Positions 55,867-64,000 of a stretch of 64,000 nt of DNA are shown here, piece by piece. The stretch is from the NCBI GenBank assembly GCA_963778115.1, contig CAVZSV010000004.1, positions 489,904-553,903 on the forward strand. Reading direction: 5' to 3'. The stretch is from an uncultured delta proteobacterium (GTDB taxonomy: Bacteria; Bdellovibrionota; FAC87; UBA2466). Position numbers and translations under genes: made by a program. Numbering within the stretch: the stretch's first letter is position 1; each line of letters starts with the position of its first letter. The notes beneath the pieces are model-generated. The model made no database searches, was not told the DNA's origin, and saw only the letters and a list, made by a program, of their open reading frames with translations.

Positions 55867-57432
55867 CTATGGTGATGGCCGAAACGAGTTTGTCTCTCGG
55901 CGGCCATCCATCCAAGCAACCGCACTTTTGGCATCGGTGATCTGATTCTTCCAAATCGAAAGCCATAGATCTTTAGTGAGTAAGGCATCGAAAGGATGCG
56001 GATAGACCACCCCCTCGTGCTGGCCAGCAAATTTAATCATGTAGGGGATGCGGAAATCTTTCTTACCATCATACTCCTTAACCGAGTTCCATCCGTGATC
56101 GCTCGTAATGAGAAGGGTCGTATCGTCCCACTCGTGGCTCGCTTCAAGCTCCCTGCGAAGCTCACCAATCGTGACATCGGTAAGGGCTAAATTATCAAAA
56201 TAACCTTCAAGACCTTTAGCATTCTTGGCTGTGATCTGATGGGAAGCTCTATCGTAAATCCAAGGCGCATGCGGTGTCGGCCAATGCACAAAAGTAAAAT
56301 CGATATCCTTTCGGTGAAGCGATTGCAGTGCGGCTTCTCGAATCCCTTCATAGGTCTGGATGTGGAACATCGCTCGGTTCGGCCGAATGAACGACAGCTC
56401 GTCAAAAAAGTTAACCACGCTCGTTCTAAAATCTTCAGCATAAGGACGTTTAAAATAATTGTAATGAGGAAAGCGCTCACATTCCGTCGCGAATACCATT
56501 CGACAGTACGGCAAGTACCATCCGATCACCAAAGAACGAGCCCCCATCGACGTTAGCTGGCCAAAAAGATTTTGGCTCGATCGCCAAGGAAGCGCTTCTC
56601 TTTCGCCTTCGAAAGTCGCTTTCACAACGTTATTCTTATCCACAAAAATGGGATCGACGACATGTTTTCCGGTGAAGTAGGAGGGAATTGAGACGGATGT
56701 GTATCTTCCAGGAGGATACGCATTTTGGGCGCTCAGTGATTCTTTGCTAAAGCGATCCAGCTCCGGTAGCTCTAATCCCTTGGGCCGCTCCAAAAAAGCC
56801 ATCCTGTAATCGGTCTCGTCAAAAAGCCACCACATTAGTTTCGTTTTATGAGTAGGAGATACATTAACGGCCGAGATACGCGGATTTACCGCGAAAGCCT
56901 TTTTCTTGGCTCCCGAAAGGGCGTAGGAAAACGTTACCAGTACAAATGGAGAAAAAATGAGGAAGGAAACTCTGAGAAACTCCACCGTTTTAGTAGGAGA
57001 CTTTTTCGCGAAGTACACCCCCAAGACCAAAACCAAAACGAAAAGCGACGCGCAGGTAAGCTCGCCCACTTGAGAAGTAAGATATCCCAAGTGCATCGCG
57101 ATGCGAACGCCGTTCAGTGAAAAAAATAGCGTTACCAGAAAACTCAGATGAAAAAAATTCACCGCTTTCTGTCCTATGCGGCGGCAAAAGCGAAGAGCGA
57201 AGAATAAAACGAAAGCAACTAAGGCCACATCAAAACAGATGGCAAGATACGTAGAAAGAGATGAAGAGACTTTCTCGTACATCCATTCGCGTTGGGTCAC
57301 CGTTTTAGAAAGTAAGGTGAGATCGCTCCACTGCTTAAAAAACATGAGATTTGAGGCGGAAATGCAGATCAAAAAATCGCGCAGGGAGGTACTGTTAATG
57401 AATGCGGTTAGAGGGCTGAATTTTTTCAGCAT
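55867..57432 (-). CDS. Membrane-anchored sulfatase/alkaline-phosphatase-superfamily transferase
   Basis: About 5 N-terminal TM helices. C-terminal domain with LLITSDHGWN. Confidence 0.6.
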   Translation of the reverse strand: MLKKFSPLTAFINSTSLRDFLICISASNLMFFKQWSDLTLLSKTVTQREWMYEKVSSSLSTYLAICFDVALVAFVLFFALRFCRRIGQKAVNFFHLSFLVTLFFSLNGVRIAMHLGYLTSQVGELTCASLFVLVLVLGVYFAKKSPTKTVEFLRVSFLIFSPFVLVTFSYALSGAKKKAFAVNPRISAVNVSPTHKTKLMWWLFDETDYRMAFLERPKGLELPELDRFSKESLSAQNAYPPGRYTSVSIPSYFTGKHVVDPIFVDKNNVVKATFEGEREALPWRSSQNLFGQLTSMGARSLVIGWYLPYCRMVFATECERFPHYNYFKRPYAEDFRTSVVNFFDELSFIRPNRAMFHIQTYEGIREAALQSLHRKDIDFTFVHWPTPHAPWIYDRASHQITAKNAKGLEGYFDNLALTDVTIGELRRELEASHEWDDTTLLITSDHGWNSVKEYDGKKDFRIPYMIKFAGQHEGVVYPHPFDALLTKDLWLSIWKNQITDAKSAVAWMDGRRETNSFRPSP

Positions 57433-58888
57433 TTAATTTCCGGAGCGTATAAAGAGTTCGTTCAGTTCCAGGGATGGTCTGTTTATCAAGGATCTCAAAG
57501 AGTCGCGTTGCTTTCAACTCGAAAATCTCACAATCAACGCATTGCACGTCAGAATGTCGTGTCTGTATCAAGTTAGTTACGTTGGGATCTTTTGGCCCCA
57601 CCAACTCAATAACCACATCGCTTCGCGTTATTGCCGCAAATAGCTCCAAGACTTCATCCAAAGGGATGCGATCGTCGTAAAGCATGTGGTGCAAAACGGC
57701 GAGGGCCAACACCGTGTCAAATTTGCCGCGCGCACGATCGAGAAAGGAGCTAGATTCTCTGTTTCTCCAGCCCACGGCAGGCGTCGGACGAACCAAATTT
57801 ACGACCAGCGGTAAAAGCGATAGTTTCTTTTCTTTAGCTCGCTTCCACAGCTGTCCAATGGCATCACCGTCAGAATCAATTGCAACCACATCAGCGCCTG
57901 ATTGTGCCGCCAATTCGCTAAAATGCCCCGTGTTACAACCCACATCGAGAACCGTTTTCGGCAGATGAGTCTTTAGATAGCGAACCACGAAGTCTTCTTT
58001 GATGGCAAATTCAGCCTTGGTATACGGCAAAGAGGAGGACATGTAATCCGTCCAAACGGAAAGCGCCACCTTCTTCGCCAGGATTTTATTCAAAAGCGAG
58101 CGCAGATGGCCCAGGAGTGCGCCTAAAATAAATCTCGCTTTCTCAGGTTTTTGAACCAGACGCTTTTCGTAAGACACGCTTCGCATCTGCTTGCCGGGTT
58201 TTTCTAACCATGTGGGAATTGTCACCAAACTGAAGAACGGCTGGCGCAGCCTCCAAAAAAAGCTCACCAACGGATAGACCTCTCGAGGCCGAAGACCGTC
58301 TCCCCGGGAAAGAAAAACATCGGAAAGGGAAATACGGAAGTACCGATTTACCAAAAGGGGGGTCAAAAAGGAGCGCACGAACTGCGCGTACGGAAGCCAC
58401 ATGGCATCGCTAAGATTTCGCTTCTCGATGGATAGGATATCGACAAATACGGGTTCAGCTCCCCGGAAAAGAATATTAAACGGTGTTGCGTCTTTAAGGC
58501 CTAGCCCCTCAGGCAGCAATCGCTCGGCGATGTCTAAAGTAAGGGAAGCTGCCGAACCCAGCATCTCCGATGACCACTCATGAGGGAAAGAAGGAAAAGG
58601 AAGCGCTTCATGCTCTAAGTATGCCGCTTGCTCGCCTGCCCAGTCCTCGGCACCTATCAAAGCTTTTGCTTCAGAAAGCTTGGCTCCCTGTAGCAGTTCG
58701 GTTTTGGGTAGTAGCTTGTGGGAAGCAAAGTAAGTGCAGGCCGGAGACTCCAAAATAGTCTTGATATCATCCGAAAACGAAGGACGAACGACGCGGATGA
58801 GACGGTTATCGGCACGATAGAGAACTCCCGCGGGATCGCGCAACGATAATCGTATCGAAGTCGAAGCGGAAGTCCTTACCAGTTCCAT
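57395..58888 (-). CDS. SAM-dependent methyltransferase with large N-terminal extension
   Basis: Motif I VLDVGCNTGHFSELAAQSGADVVAIDSD. The ~300-aa N-terminal domain is unassigned. Confidence 0.65.
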   Translation of the reverse strand: MELVRTSASTSIRLSLRDPAGVLYRADNRLIRVVRPSFSDDIKTILESPACTYFASHKLLPKTELLQGAKLSEAKALIGAEDWAGEQAAYLEHEALPFPSFPHEWSSEMLGSAASLTLDIAERLLPEGLGLKDATPFNILFRGAEPVFVDILSIEKRNLSDAMWLPYAQFVRSFLTPLLVNRYFRISLSDVFLSRGDGLRPREVYPLVSFFWRLRQPFFSLVTIPTWLEKPGKQMRSVSYEKRLVQKPEKARFILGALLGHLRSLLNKILAKKVALSVWTDYMSSSLPYTKAEFAIKEDFVVRYLKTHLPKTVLDVGCNTGHFSELAAQSGADVVAIDSDGDAIGQLWKRAKEKKLSLLPLVVNLVRPTPAVGWRNRESSSFLDRARGKFDTVLALAVLHHMLYDDRIPLDEVLELFAAITRSDVVIELVGPKDPNVTNLIQTRHSDVQCVDCEIFELKATRLFEILDKQTIPGTERTLYTLRKLNAEKIQPSNRIH

Positions 58889-58908
58889 AGAGCCACGTAA
58901 AATTTCTG

Positions 58909-59124
58909 TTAAGAGTTTTGGCTTCCCGAGATTTCTTTAGGCGCAGAAACAGTGTTTTGTTTTTCGCCACGTCCGAAGAGGCCGCGTAATTTCTTAATGA
59001 AAAACGTTGCACCGAAAAACGCCGACAACATCGCCTGCCAGAGTAAATGACCCGTTCCGGGATCGATGTACCCGAAAGAGGCAGTGGGAAGCAGCACCAT
59101 AACGGAGATGAATAGGTATAGCAC
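58909..59124 (-). CDS. Small membrane protein with YIDPGTG motif
   Basis: 71 aa, GTG start. First gene of the methyltransferase-transferase operon. Confidence 0.4.
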   Translation of the reverse strand: MLYLFISVMVLLPTASFGYIDPGTGHLLWQAMLSAFFGATFFIKKLRGLFGRGEKQNTVSAPKEISGSQNS

Positions 59125-59361
59125 GTGCGCCTTTCTGAGTTGTTAATTCCTACTTACTTATTCGGTTGAATTGTTTGAAAACCTGAACAATTTTTTGGAG
59201 ATTTTTAGATGCGAGTGGTCAAAGCGCCGTTGGCGAGGAGTGAACAGCCAACTGAGGAAGTACGCTTCGAATAAAAGATAAGCTGTCACTGCGAATAGAG
59301 ATTACTTCGAGCTCCTCGCAAGGACGGCTTTTAACGACGGTTCGTTCAAGAAAAGCGGTAA

Positions 59362-60231
59362 TCAAAGGCGGGCTAACAAACGCACCGCATCGTAGAGACG
59401 CCGGGGCAGCTCTTCGAAGCGTTCCACTTCTAAACAGATACCGTGCCCCTTTTGCGCGATGTCTTGCGAAGCTTCCAAGTGGCTACCAGGGCCATGCAGA
59501 TGCAAAACCACTAGAAAATCGTACTTGGCGGCAACTTCAAGCGGATCTCCCCCCTCGGTGGATCTCCCATCGGTGGCGATGAGTCCCACTTTGCGTCCCC
59601 TCACCCCTCCTAGGCGAAACTGCTTTAACCCTTCGTCGAGTCCCCCGTAAATGTTGGTGAAGCCTTTGGGTTGAACTCTTAAGAATCGAAGGATGGTCTG
59701 TTCTCGTGATTCTTCGAAAGAGAGCCGTTTGATCGTCTTCGCATGGGATGCAAAAACCACGAGCGAAGTGTCTTTGGGAGGCACCTCTAACAGCAAAACG
59801 GCTACGGCGATACTCGCTAAGAGATGTTTGTCTCCCGACATGGAAGCGCTCACGTCCAACAAGGTGACACAGCAGAAAGGCTTCTCTCGGCTCTCCTCCA
59901 TCAATAGCTCCGCCGAAGTCGATAGTCCGGGGTTTTCTTCGAGAGTTTCTTCCAGAGACAACTCGCCGAACGGAGCTCGAGAGAAGTTCTCCAAATGCGT
60001 TACGGTCGGCCGGGAGGGATGCGCTACTATTGATTTCGCTTTTTCCATCACCAAATGAACCAGTTGCCGATCCATGGCGGGGTCATTTTTCTGCGATCGT
60101 AATCGTTGGAAATAGACCGTTCGCATCCAATCGGCGCGACCGTCAAAGGCTTGCGCACCTACCCCTTGCCACTGCATTTCGCCGCTAAGTTCTGGGGGAA
60201 AGAAAAGTAACGGAAGTTGAGATGTGGGCAC
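59362..60231 (-). CDS. von Willebrand factor A (VWA) domain protein
   Basis: MIDAS motif LLDVSASMSG. Lies 5 nt after the MoxR-like gene. Confidence 0.75.
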   Translation of the reverse strand: MPTSQLPLLFFPPELSGEMQWQGVGAQAFDGRADWMRTVYFQRLRSQKNDPAMDRQLVHLVMEKAKSIVAHPSRPTVTHLENFSRAPFGELSLEETLEENPGLSTSAELLMEESREKPFCCVTLLDVSASMSGDKHLLASIAVAVLLLEVPPKDTSLVVFASHAKTIKRLSFEESREQTILRFLRVQPKGFTNIYGGLDEGLKQFRLGGVRGRKVGLIATDGRSTEGGDPLEVAAKYDFLVVLHLHGPGSHLEASQDIAQKGHGICLEVERFEELPRRLYDAVRLLARL

Positions 60232-60236
60232 CGGAC

Positions 60237-61103
60237 CTAGCGGCTTAGTTCCTTTTTTTTTTCCGAAATGAGTGGAAGCTCTTGATTCCCGATAAGCTTC
60301 AATAAGACGTCTCTTGGAGATTCATCGGAAGAAACCATTTCGATGCGGCTACTAAGAGCCATTAGACAAGCTTCTTCGAAGCTGATTCCTCCCGAAATTA
60401 ACTGGCAAACGGCAATCGCCGCTCGAAGACTTGCTCCGCGCTTTATCGAGGGGTGCTGGCGTGTGGCTCGCGCCAAATCGACGGAAAGCTCAACGAACGA
60501 GCTATTAACCGAATCTTGTACCTGCCCACGAACGATAGCTATCTCCTCCTCGCGGGATTGATAATCCAGAGGAACCATTTCGAACCGATCGAGTACCGCT
60601 TCCGAAAGGGCGTGGGTAGCCGTAAACTCTCTGGGATTTTGGGTGGCGATGACAAGAAAGCCAGGTTTCGCCGCCACAACCCCTAACTTCGGAAGCACAA
60701 TCCGCCGCTCGTCCATGGCGGGCAGTAGAATATTCTGAACCGCTTCCGGCATTCGATTGAGCTCATTAATAAAAAGCGGGATTCCCTTTTTCATAGCCGT
60801 GACCAGAGGGCCATCCACGAAGCAGGCCGCAACATATCCCTTTTTAAGCACCATGGGCGGATCAAACCAGCCGGTCAGCTTCTGTTCCGTATAGCGCGTG
60901 TCACCATCGATACGTTCAAAGCTTCTTTTGAGATCCTTTAGGATCTGCTGAACCAAGAAGGTCTTCCCCACTCCAACGGGACCTTCGATAAGAACATTTC
61001 GGCCTAAATCAATGGCGCGCGTCAGATGATCCTTCTCGCGTTCACGGCCGACTATTTTAGGGGCATGGGATGATTTATCAGAAGATTTATTTTTGGCTTT
61101 CAC
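60237..61103 (-). CDS. MoxR-like AAA+ ATPase
   Basis: Walker A IEGPVGVGKT. Walker B/sensor FINELNRMPEAVQNILLPAMDER. ATQNP...LDRF. Confidence 0.85.
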   Translation of the reverse strand: MKAKNKSSDKSSHAPKIVGREREKDHLTRAIDLGRNVLIEGPVGVGKTFLVQQILKDLKRSFERIDGDTRYTEQKLTGWFDPPMVLKKGYVAACFVDGPLVTAMKKGIPLFINELNRMPEAVQNILLPAMDERRIVLPKLGVVAAKPGFLVIATQNPREFTATHALSEAVLDRFEMVPLDYQSREEEIAIVRGQVQDSVNSSFVELSVDLARATRQHPSIKRGASLRAAIAVCQLISGGISFEEACLMALSSRIEMVSSDESPRDVLLKLIGNQELPLISEKKKELSR

Positions 61104-61891
61104 TTCTTCCTCTTGGACTTGGAAGCCTCATTGTCGCTCTCGGAGTCCAGTTTCGCCAACATTTTCTCTAAAATGAAATTGGCGACATCGCTGGGCCTTG
61201 CCCCTATCGTAAAACCAGCGTCAAAGCCGAGCTCGACCGCAAGTTTATGAGTGACCCTGGGGCCGCCCGCCACCAGAATGAATCTGTTCTCAAGCCCGCG
61301 CTTCTTAAGCTTGCCCATTAGCTCTCTCATGTCGGAGATATGAATATCTTTTTGAGAGACAATTTTTGAGAGCAAAATCGCATCAGCCTTTTCTTTAAGC
61401 GCGCGCTCAATGAGATCATCGGTAGGAACTTGGCTTCCCATGTTCACCACTCGAAATCCTCGATACCGCTCTAGCCCGATATCACCGTCAAACCCCTTCA
61501 TGTTGAGAATGGCATCCAGCCCTACGGTGTGCGCGTCATAACCCGTACAGGCGCCTACCAGTCGGATGGGACGTTTTATCTTGGTGGCTATCACTTGATC
61601 GATCTCTTTATAAGTTCGCTTTTCCGTGGAGAGTTCCGGAACATGCACTTTCGTATAGTCGATACTCTTATCGCAGCGACCGAAGACGACAAAGAACGCG
61701 TAGTTTTCTCCTATCTTCGACATATGGGCTATTTTAATGTCGGTAAATCCCCATTCTCTAACTATCAGGGTGGCCGCTTCTCGTGCTTTGGGAGAAGGTT
61801 CGATAGGCAGCGTGAAGCTCATTTGCACGGCACCATCGCCAGTGGTATCGCCATAGGGCCTAAGAGCCTTTAAATCCAGTTCCGTCTTCAA
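61100..61891 (-). CDS. kamE: Lysine 5,6-aminomutase beta subunit (B12-binding)
   Basis: 263 aa. LRPYGDTTGDGAVQMSFTLP N-terminus. DxHxxG cobalamin motif (YDAHTVGLD). Confidence 0.8.
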   Translation of the reverse strand: MKTELDLKALRPYGDTTGDGAVQMSFTLPIEPSPKAREAATLIVREWGFTDIKIAHMSKIGENYAFFVVFGRCDKSIDYTKVHVPELSTEKRTYKEIDQVIATKIKRPIRLVGACTGYDAHTVGLDAILNMKGFDGDIGLERYRGFRVVNMGSQVPTDDLIERALKEKADAILLSKIVSQKDIHISDMRELMGKLKKRGLENRFILVAGGPRVTHKLAVELGFDAGFTIGARPSDVANFILEKMLAKLDSESDNEASKSKRKK

Positions 61892-63468
61892 ATCTTACTC
61901 CCCATCAGGTCGAAAAATGGATTGAGATAGGTTTTTCTCTCTACAGAGAATACGCCCGTTGCTCCTTTACCTCCCTCGATGGTCCGCTTTACATCGGCAA
62001 AATATCCTTTTTCGATCGCTTTCAAAATGCTCATGCGATCGATCTTTTCTAAAAGTGTCAGAGCATCATCTAACACCTTGGCGGCGAAGCCAGCGATTTC
62101 ACCATCCGATCTATAGCCAAACTCATTCGAAAGGCCCAAAGAACCATTCAAAATATAGTTGGCATTTCGAACGCTAAGACTTCGATCCTGCAACCACGGA
62201 GTGTGCACCGCTTCCGTAGGCATTCCTAGGAGCAGCACTCCCTGACGCGTCAAAGAGCCAATGAGATTAAAAATGGTATCGATCGCATGGCTCGTAAAGA
62301 TATCGCCCGTCTTATACTTGGTATTGCACATGTACTTTAAAGGACACTTAGGAAAGATCTGGCGAGTCATTTGGGCTCGAGCGATCTCCCAAAGAATGAC
62401 TTTTTCATACGACGGATCCATCTCCATGGCATGCCCGATACACATCTGTTCGTGAGTCATTCCTGCATTGAGGGCCGCCACTTCATTGATGAACTGGGAA
62501 GCCAAGACCTGATCGCCGCTTTTTTTGGCGTCGGTAGTCTTCATATAATTGTCTTCGCCGGTCATGATCCAAATGTCGCTCACACCGCAGATGAGCCTGG
62601 AAAAATGCTGGTCTATTAAAGTGCGGGCCGGATTGATGTCTCGAAACAGTATTCCGTACATTGCATCATTAAGTAAGAAATCGAGGCCCTCGATAGCGGC
62701 AAGTACTGCAATTTCCGACATGCATAATCCCGAGCAGTAGTTGGTCAGACGAATATAACGGTTCTGTTCCTTACCCAGCTCATCCAGCGCCTGACGCATC
62801 AAACGAAAATTGGCTTGAGTCGCGTAGGTTCCTCCGAACCCTTCCGTGGTGGTTCCTTGCGGAACGTAATCCAGTAAACTCTGAGCGGTACTTCGAATAA
62901 CGGCTATAGAATCGGCACCGTCCATGACGGCGGCTCTTGCCTGGATGACATCTTCGAAAATATTACCCGTGGCAACGATGACGTACTTAAGCGGCCGCTT
63001 TTCGCAAAGCGGATCGTGAAGTTTACGGCGTAAGCGCTGACGTGATCTCCGATAGGCGATAAGCCTGTTGAAAGACTCCCGGGCTAATTGACCCGCAAAC
63101 TTCTTTGTCTTTAGCGGATCCCTGGAGGGAAGGGTTCCGATATCAAAGGCTTCGGTAACTACTTTTTCCTGCAATTTGTCTACGGGAAGTCCCGTCGATA
63201 ACATCGCATTGGCAACCCAATAAAGCGCCCCCTCGCCTAGTCTTCCTTGGGCTTTGAGCTGATCGACCACGAAATTCGCCGTGGGAAAAAGTAACCCCTC
63301 CCATTGCAGCGCATCATTAAATCCCAGAAGGCGAAGAACCGCCCTTTCGGTGCCCACGGTGGAATTGCGATGGATGAGATTTTCGACCTCTTTACCGATA
63401 GAACCCGCTATCTCGCGGCAGCGGGCAATCTTGCGTGCCGAAAGCGGTAATGTCGCCGAGTAAGACAT
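61888..63468 (-). CDS. kamD: Lysine 5,6-aminomutase alpha subunit
   Basis: 526 aa, TIM-barrel-type subunit. Size and pairing with a 263-aa B12 subunit fit KamD/KamE. ATGA overlap with kamE. Confidence 0.8.
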   Translation of the reverse strand: MSYSATLPLSARKIARCREIAGSIGKEVENLIHRNSTVGTERAVLRLLGFNDALQWEGLLFPTANFVVDQLKAQGRLGEGALYWVANAMLSTGLPVDKLQEKVVTEAFDIGTLPSRDPLKTKKFAGQLARESFNRLIAYRRSRQRLRRKLHDPLCEKRPLKYVIVATGNIFEDVIQARAAVMDGADSIAVIRSTAQSLLDYVPQGTTTEGFGGTYATQANFRLMRQALDELGKEQNRYIRLTNYCSGLCMSEIAVLAAIEGLDFLLNDAMYGILFRDINPARTLIDQHFSRLICGVSDIWIMTGEDNYMKTTDAKKSGDQVLASQFINEVAALNAGMTHEQMCIGHAMEMDPSYEKVILWEIARAQMTRQIFPKCPLKYMCNTKYKTGDIFTSHAIDTIFNLIGSLTRQGVLLLGMPTEAVHTPWLQDRSLSVRNANYILNGSLGLSNEFGYRSDGEIAGFAAKVLDDALTLLEKIDRMSILKAIEKGYFADVKRTIEGGKGATGVFSVERKTYLNPFFDLMGSKI

Positions 63469-63538
63469 AGGGAATGATTCTGCAACAGTAGAGGTGCGCT
63501 TTTCAAGTAAATGCTGCGGCGTGGTTGAGAGGGCGGTT

Positions 63539-64000
63539 TTACGTCAGATGCCGTCTAACAAAATCATTGAGGGCTTTTTGATGTTCGGGAGCAGGGGTCA
63601 AAAACTGCACCCCCATGCCGTGGCGAAGGGGGTTCTTTGAGATCCAACGGACCTCCCCTTGGGCGCGGATGACGGGAACTCCGGCCGGAACCGGAAGGGG
63701 TATTGCAATTTCCATCGTGGAGTTCATTTCAAGCAGGTGAGGAGTTTCAATAAAGCATCCGCCTTCGGAAATATTTCTAAGGACCGGATAGTGCCAATCT
63801 TGTTGGTGACACATAATAAAAGGAAGATGGGTTTCATAACGACGCTTAGTCCGCCACCACCGCATCTTGGGATCAAAATACAGATGCCGAATTCTTGGAT
63901 TGATGAAATAGAAAAGAGAAATAGAGTAAATGAAAACGTGAACGGCTAGGGGCCACAGACTCGCCCCGCGTCCTTCGTAGTAGGACTGTAAATCGCGAAA
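63539..64000 (-). CDS. PilZ-domain protein with N-terminal TM segment; 5' end may lie beyond the window
   Basis: PilZ blocks RRYETHLP and NISEGGCFIET...GMGVQF. My translation shows the frame stays open upstream of M63865 to position 64000 (..LWPLAVHVFIYSISLFYFINPRIRHLYFDPK-M..). Confidence 0.65.
   Translation of the reverse strand, partial: FRDLQSYYEGRGASLWPLAVHVFIYSISLFYFINPRIRHLYFDPKMRWWRTKRRYETHLPFIMCHQQDWHYPVLRNISEGGCFIETPHLLEMNSTMEIAIPLPVPAGVPVIRAQGEVRWISKNPLRHGMGVQFLTPAPEHQKALNDFVRRHLT

Noticed and set aside
61100-63468. Alternative call as D-ornithine 4,5-aminomutase (OraS/OraE)
   Set aside because: The subunit sizes (526 aa + 263 aa, with the B12 motif in the small subunit) fit KamD/KamE. 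They do not fit a ~120-aa OraS plus a ~730-aa OraE.

Overview
A 64-kb, gene-dense chromosomal window from a diderm (Gram-negative-type) bacterium. The lineage cannot be fixed from sequence alone. LEFT (1-30.6 kb): a Tat-exported Cys-rich copper-storage-like protein, an ExbB-ExbD-TonB operon, and a decayed ygaP-like rhodanese gene with two in-frame stops. Then a D-aminopeptidase / D-Cys-desulfhydrase pair and a ~1180-aa SF2 helicase with a signal peptide. A six-gene operon joins MotA/MotB to a membrane-anchored FliG-like protein. Also here: a split ChrA pair, many secreted hypotheticals, a 1044-aa HEAT-repeat protein and a repeat-rich Ig-like lipoprotein. CENTRE (30699-45257): a ~14.6-kb integrative island in tRNA-Pro(CGG), bounded by perfect 42-bp direct repeats. 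It carries a P4-type integrase, an AlpA-like regulator, a Toprim/P-loop primase-helicase and no virion genes. Its A+T-richer cargo includes an RHH + secreted PLD nuclease pair, an XRE + membrane protein pair, and an unassigned cassette. That cassette is a small nuclease-like protein, a 553-aa PLD/MIT_C-like protein translationally coupled to a 598-aa protein, and a convergent 603-aa SEC-C protein. It is my best candidate for a previously undescribed (probably anti-phage/conflict) system. RIGHT (45.3-64 kb): housekeeping and envelope genes (DUF374, HK-PilZ, gshB-like, ddl, pepP, chrA, mlaC-like, GT9 heptosyltransferase, CPBP protease, Flp pilin, sulfatase-like transferase, methyltransferases). 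There is also a translationally coupled kamD-kamE-MoxR-VWA operon. Recurrent short motifs include sigma28-like CCGATAAG boxes, a 22-nt motif bracketing the adhesin gene, and 23-bp island arm repeats. All functional calls come from reading motifs by eye; no database search was possible.
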